Source: Mayamaea pseudoterrestris (taxonomy: Eukaryota). From it: 64,000 nt of DNA. Positions 58,501 through 64,000 of this stretch are shown here, in pieces. The notes beneath the pieces are model-generated. The model was given only the letters and a program-made list of their open reading frames with translations. It ran no database searches and was not told where the DNA came from. How positions within the stretch are numbered: the stretch's first letter is position 1; each line of letters begins with the position of its first letter. The stretch lies in assembly GCA_027923505.1 (NCBI GenBank), contig BROI01000006.1, positions 248,001 through 312,000 on the forward strand. The letters are read 5' to 3'. The translations under genes were made by a program, and so were the position numbers.

Positions 58501-61418
58501 GGTCTTGCTACCGGTGGTTCCAAAGTTATAGAAATCATTTCAATTTGCTGCTCTGCTGCTTCTTCGTTGGGTAATGTCGGGAGCATCGTCGATGATGCAG
58601 TCGGAAGGGCTTCGTCCGCCGTCCTCCGAATCGAAACAAAGTCGGCTGCCACTCCACTCGAGGCACAATTATTTCCACTCGCCAACAAGTGCTTGCTCGC
58701 AACTTTGCGCTTTTTGTGCGAGCGACCACTTGGTCGACCGTCTAACTCAGAAACAATTGTCTTGGAACTGTCGGTTACCAGGCGCTTTTTCCGGCGTTCA
58801 CGCTTCTTTCTGTTGGTCTGGTAAGCATTCGGTGACGCCTCACGCCCATGCGCTGCTGCTTCACCTGTTAATGCTTCACGACTGCCAAGAGGCGACTTCA
58901 TTGTTGGTCCAGGGAATTCGCCCGTGTCGTTACTCGTGTCATCGAACTGTCTTTTCTCATTGAGACGCGGCGACGCTCTGGTCATCCTGCTGATAGCAGG
59001 CTTGTGAAGAATGACCTCGTCGGAAATAGGTAGTTCCTTCTCGAGTTCTTCCGGTGTCTCCTCGTTGCATGTTGGCACTTCGTTTGCGTCTCCAGTATTG
59101 CCGATAGTGTCGAACGCGCTTCGTCTACTATTGGTCAACCCCCACTGTAAACGTTGAGCTTTTCGTGAGGCATCCGCCTGAGACCTTGGCAAAAAGATCG
59201 GCCTGGCCGTGCCTTGCTTGGAGGCTATTTTTGTCAGTCCGGGGACACGCTTGTTAAGCGTTGATTTCTTTTTTATCTTGTTCAAACGCTCTTGTGCAAC
59301 ACGGCGCTCGCTGGCGAACCGGACGGATCTCATTGCTTCTTCGCCTGTCATTTTGTCATGTCGTGTGCTAAAACCCGTCTCGTCCAATTCTGGTTGCGCA
59401 CCCGAAAGGATGATTGAAACCTCGTCGGAGGCTATTGCTTCGACTGCTCGAAAATCTTCCTCTTCAACCTCTGGCTGTTTGTTTGGCGCGATAGTTGAAG
59501 CGTCTGCGCCCTTCGAAACATATCTTGTCGACACATCATGACCAGTCAAAGCAGTGGCCTCGCCCTCATTCGGCGCACCCACCACACCGACGGTCGCCTT
59601 GTGAGCATTTGAATTCGAGACTTGATGAAAAGCCGGCACGTCATGTGGGTCAGTGTGATCGAGCGCGTGCACCGAGGTATTATTATGTTCTAATGTCTTC
59701 ACACAGCTGATGTTCGTTGCTGGCTCCTGCTGAAGTACAACCCCAGACACACGACTTGATCGTCGCAGCCCTGACGAAACATCTAGCTTCTTTGCAGGCG
59801 TATCTTTCTCCGGCGAACGGCTGAAGTTCTTTGCGGATGCAGTGTCATCTTGTACGCCGCTCCGATCCGAAGCATATGGCTCCATCTCGATATCAGCCTG
59901 TGAAGACGGCCCGACTGATGAATCCACAGAAATTGTTGTAGATTTCTCCTTCCCACCTTGTCGTCCGGCTCGGTTACTTGTGTTTGCCAAAGAGATCGAC
60001 TTCAATGATGAGTCACCATTATCTGCAGTGTCGACCGTAAAGCAAGGTGAACGAGGACGTTCAGTCTCACCTGCGTTAATGTAGATTTCCTTTTGCAAAA
60101 CATCATGAGTTACTTCAGTGGAGGAATCTGGGCTCGTCATTGCGCTTTGTTTACCGGAAGCATGTGCTTCTGATATCTCAGGCCTGGATTGATACGCGGA
60201 TCTGTTTAGTTGTCCAGCCGGCCTTTGCGATACAGTCTCCAACGAGGTCACACGAGCGTGATTCTTCGATTTAGGTACGTCATCAACTCGTCTACCGGCA
60301 ATGTATGCTTCTTGAATGGCAGGGTTGGGGGTTGAAATGCTTTTCTTTGGTCGCCCACGCGGCCGTTTCGGAATAGTATCTGAAGCACGTGAACAAGATT
60401 GTTTCTTCGCAATAGCGTCATTATCGACCTTGATTTCGTAGTAGTCGCTATAATCCTCTTCTGGCGCGGAGCAGCTTGCATAATCTGGGTCGTTCGTGTT
60501 CATTGAGCAGTACCAGTTTGAATTAATGTCCAGAGGCTGAGTGAAAAACCGCCACTTCTCGCATTTATCGCATTGAACCATAAGAGGCCGATCATCGAAT
60601 AAACTTGTGTCTATGTCGTCTTTCTGGAGTGATTGTCCCGAATAGTCAAAGCGGGGCGATTTGCGAGTAGAGAATTGTTTCGCTGGCACCTGCATGGCAC
60701 TCTTGCGCTTCGACCGATGGGAGTTTGACACATTGTACTTTGATTTTATATTCGGATTTGTACTCGGGAGCGAGTCATTGCTGCGGTCCTTGTGCAAAAC
60801 CAAAGTCGGTGCTTTATGTTGAGGCGCCAAAGTCAATTCCTCGTTTTGCGCAACCTGCTCAACGTTAGCGCCGGCTAATGCGTCGCTTTCTAAATTCCCA
60901 TGGCTCCTCAACAGGCTGGTAAACTTGGTTGTAAATTGTTGGCTGTCTGTACTGAATTGTTGATTGTTTGTAGAATGCGTTTTCGGGGTTGGATTTGATA
61001 AGAAAACATCATCCGCCGGAGTAAAATCAAGTGTCTCAAGTTCTTGCAAAGACAGAAACCTCGCGTTTCGCTGCATCTCTTGAGACCCGAGGCATGCATT
61101 TGCGTATTGATCTTGATGCATCTGCTGATCTTGATCGATGTCTAATATGATTTCTTCGCCTGCCTGTATATCGCGTTGATGTAGTGCTTGTTTGTATACG
61201 GCTTCATTTGAAGCGGACGACTCGCGGCGCGCATGACGCCCATGCCGGTTCGTCGCCAATGCGTCAGTGGAAGCTCTTTTCTTCATTTTCGTCTCAAGCG
61301 AAACCATTTCACTTTCTTCTTGTCCCTTTCGTTCTCGACGTGCTCGCTGGCGAAGTTTGGCGGTTTGGTGTTGTCGCTCGAGACGACGAGCATGTTCGTC
61401 TGTAATTTCCTCCGTCAT
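55547..61418 (-). CDS. Large (~1928 aa) MYST acetyltransferase with zf-CW and AT-hook; exons 61418-57235 and 57149-55547
   Basis: VQCDKCEKWR..WYC.MN..SCSAPEE (zf-CW), KRPRGRPK (AT-hook), YYIH...LDRWV, CEYC, KLFLENKT, NVACIMTLPQHQKKGYGK and GSPEKPLS; the GTAAGT..CAG intron 57150-57234 joins the two ORFs in frame. Confidence 0.85.
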
Positions 61419-62203
61419 TGTTGTTTGTCCGCTTTTTCAACTTTGAAAATAAGTGTCCTGGTCAGCCAGATAGTTATCAATCAGAGACTGGGTCTTATCT
61501 ATTGGTGCTGCATATAAATAGATGATAAGTTTTGGCTGCGCTGCAAAGCTCCTCATCAAGGGCTGCGCCATGGTGGCGACGGAATCGCAGATTGCAGATC
61601 CACGATGCGTCATTGCGGATCCAATTTGCGTCATCATGACGTCATTCTACTTGGCCGTCGCGCGCGCGAGGCGGCCTTCGCAAGTGTCACTCGTCGCAAT
61701 GCTGTTCTTCGACCATGGTGGACGGCCGTCATCCTCACTTTGAACCCTGAATGAGCATCTACCAACCGCCATGTCACCGCCATGCTTGTCTGAATCCCTT
61801 GGCGGCAAAAAATTGTCAGATCTTTAATCGCTTTAGGATCTTGGTGGAATTTATTGTCGGCGCAATCGTCGGGGCAAAATGCTATCGCTATCATGCTATC
61901 CGTATCGAACACGGAACACACAGAACGCGAGACGACGAGACATAATTGCAGTCCATGACCAGCGGTGTAGATTCAATCCCCCGCAATGCTATCAGAATCA
62001 GCATCGTACTTCATATTATAATTGCAAAGCGGTGACTCAATCATCATGCGCGTCCTCTATAACTCTTCAACTACAGACTACAATTTGTGCTCTACAACGT
62101 AATTCGCGGATATCATTCTATGAGTAGACTTTAATAATTAGACTCATAATAATGGCTAAAATACTATCTTATATGCATGCAACATTAACATTTGAACGAC
62201 GCT

Positions 62204-64000
62204 TTAATCAGCGCATCGTTGGGTCTGCTCAGGTGACATTCCAGCTCCGACGGGCAAGAAGCACATTTCGCCGTCTGGTGCTTGGGCAGAAACTCGAAGA
62301 ATATTCGCGATTATGTCATCGGTTGCGACTGCGGCTGTCCTGGCTTCGGACGGCGGGTAGATTTGCCAAAACTTTTGTTTCTCGGTCTCCCAATTATTCA
62401 AAATCTCGTCGGCGCGTTCGCTTGATGTCAATTGGAAGTGACGCTCAATCATAGCTTTCAATTGCGCTTCCCCTTCAGTCGTTACAATTCTCTGCACTTT
62501 GACAATTTCTGGATTCACTTTCTTCATGAATGTTCCGTCGTGATCGTAAAAGTAGCCAAGACCACCCGTCATGCCAGCACCGACGTTGCGTCCAACACTT
62601 CCAAGCATCACTACAACGCCTCCTGTCATGTATTCGCAGCAATGGTCGCCAGCTCCTTCGGCAACTGCGAAGGCGCCACTATTACGAACTCCGAATCGTT
62701 CACCGGCGCGGCCTTGAGCATGAAAGTCGCCACCTGTCGCCCCATACAGGCAAGCATTACCTACAATGCTTGCGTCTGCAGCGAGAAAGCCTGCTTCATC
62801 CGGCGGAACGACCACGAGTTCTCCGCCGTGCATTCCCTTTCCAACATAATCATTCGCTTCTCCTGTGAGGCGGATTGTTGTGCCAGGCAAGGTGAATGCC
62901 CCGAAGGATTGGCCTGCACTTCCGTCAAATTGAACTGTGATCTTCCCCATGAAATCCGAATTGCCATGAGCTCGTGCAATCTCACCTGATAGCATAGCTC
63001 CAGTACTGCGGTCGGTGTTCTTGATAGGAAAAGCGACGATGATTTCACCTTGGTTGTCTGCAATCACTTTCTTTACGTCAGGATGATTCGCAACTTCTCG
63101 GTCAAGGTCAGAACTAAAGCCGTTGACGTGCACAATTTCCTCTTTTCGAACAAGCTCTCCATTTTCAAGCGCAGCCCGAAGGAAATTACGATTGTCGCTC
63201 ACTTGTGGGACGCCAGAGAAGAAAGGGGTCAAATCGACGCCTCGGGTTTTGGCGACTCGTTTCGATTGAACTTCGCTTTGCTGTAATAGGTCCGCACGGC
63301 CGATCAGATCCTCAAATTTTGAATATCCAAGATGAGCCATGAGCTGTCGTACTTCTTCAGCAACAAGTGTGAAGAAATTAACGACGTGCTCGGGAGTGCC
63401 TGGGAATTTTTTACGCAGCTCCTCTTTCTGACTGGTCACTCCCACCGGGCAGGTATTTAGGTGACACACTCGCGCCATAATGCAGCCTTCTGAAATCATG
63501 GCAATCGTTCCAAAACCATATTCCTCCGCACCAAGCATAGCTCCAACGACCACGTCTCTGCCCGTACGGATTCCGCCGTCGACTCGAATTGTGACGCGAT
63601 CGCGAAGGCCATTGTTGAGCAAGGCAGAGTGAGCTTCAGTCAGGCCCAGCTCCCATGGACAGCCAGCATGCTTGATAGACGAAAGCGGGGATGCCCCAGT
63701 ACCACCATCATTGCCAGAAATTTGGATCACATCCGCGGATGCCTTCGCAACTCCACAAGCGACAGTACCAATGCCCACCGAAGAAACAAGTTTCACAGAA
63801 ACTCCAGCTTTTTCGTTGATTGCATGAAGGTCGTGAATCAACTGGGCGAGATCTTCGATACTGTAGATGTCGTGGTGCGGCGGAGGAGAAATAAGGGTCA
63901 CTCCCGGTTTGCTAGCCCGTAGACCTGCAATATACTCAGACACCTTGGGACCAGGAAGCTGACCACCTTCACCAGGCTTGGCACCCTGCGCCATTTTGAT
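62204..64000 (-). CDS. Ferredoxin-dependent glutamate synthase (GOGAT), 3' part; 5' end lies outside the window
   Basis: [53 protein letters not shown] [3Fe-4S] and the GXGXG domain; no fused beta subunit. Confidence 0.95.
   Translation of the reverse strand: MKMAQGAKPGEGGQLPGPKVSEYIAGLRASKPGVTLISPPPHHDIYSIEDLAQLIHDLHAINEKAGVSVKLVSSVGIGTVACGVAKASADVIQISGNDGGTGASPLSSIKHAGCPWELGLTEAHSALLNNGLRDRVTIRVDGGIRTGRDVVVGAMLGAEEYGFGTIAMISEGCIMARVCHLNTCPVGVTSQKEELRKKFPGTPEHVVNFFTLVAEEVRQLMAHLGYSKFEDLIGRADLLQQSEVQSKRVAKTRGVDLTPFFSGVPQVSDNRNFLRAALENGELVRKEEIVHVNGFSSDLDREVANHPDVKKVIADNQGEIIVAFPIKNTDRSTGAMLSGEIARAHGNSDFMGKITVQFDGSAGQSFGAFTLPGTTIRLTGEANDYVGKGMHGGELVVVPPDEAGFLAADASIVGNACLYGATGGDFHAQGRAGERFGVRNSGAFAVAEGAGDHCCEYMTGGVVVMLGSVGRNVGAGMTGGLGYFYDHDGTFMKKVNPEIVKVQRIVTTEGEAQLKAMIERHFQLTSSERADEILNNWETEKQKFWQIYPPSEARTAAVATDDIIANILRVSAQAPDGEMCFLPVGAGMSPEQTQRCAD

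Overview
Gene-dense eukaryotic nuclear DNA with short GT-AG introns. Bipartite plastid-targeting presequences and the gene content point to a diatom-like stramenopile (inferred, not proven). About 27 protein genes are recognisable: an MFS transporter, mitochondrial EF-Ts, SF3B3, a LAMTOR4-like protein, an AlkB-like/GT-like fusion, mitochondrial uS15, a cyclin Y-like protein, two convergent QSOX genes, eS12, TSR1, an FTR variable-chain-like protein, ARD, APEH, cyclophilin, an ORG1-like plastid kinase-fold protein, two tandem MYST acetyltransferases and the 3' part of Fd-GOGAT. The dominant non-genic feature is a ~9.8 kb array of ~58 169-bp monomers (34822-44640). It has conserved palindromes, higher-order block duplications, CpG decay and older diverged monomers at both edges. 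It is interrupted once by a short foreign insert whose minus strand reads YDYLCVWVDDLLNISYD, resembling the catalytic motif of a Ty1/copia reverse transcriptase. Other points of interest are a box C/D snoRNA-like structure in an intron, a 42-bp promoter minisatellite, a ~1930-aa zf-CW/AT-hook/MYST protein, an intron-split start codon and an apparent 1-nt frameshift. All protein calls come from motif recognition by eye, without database searches.
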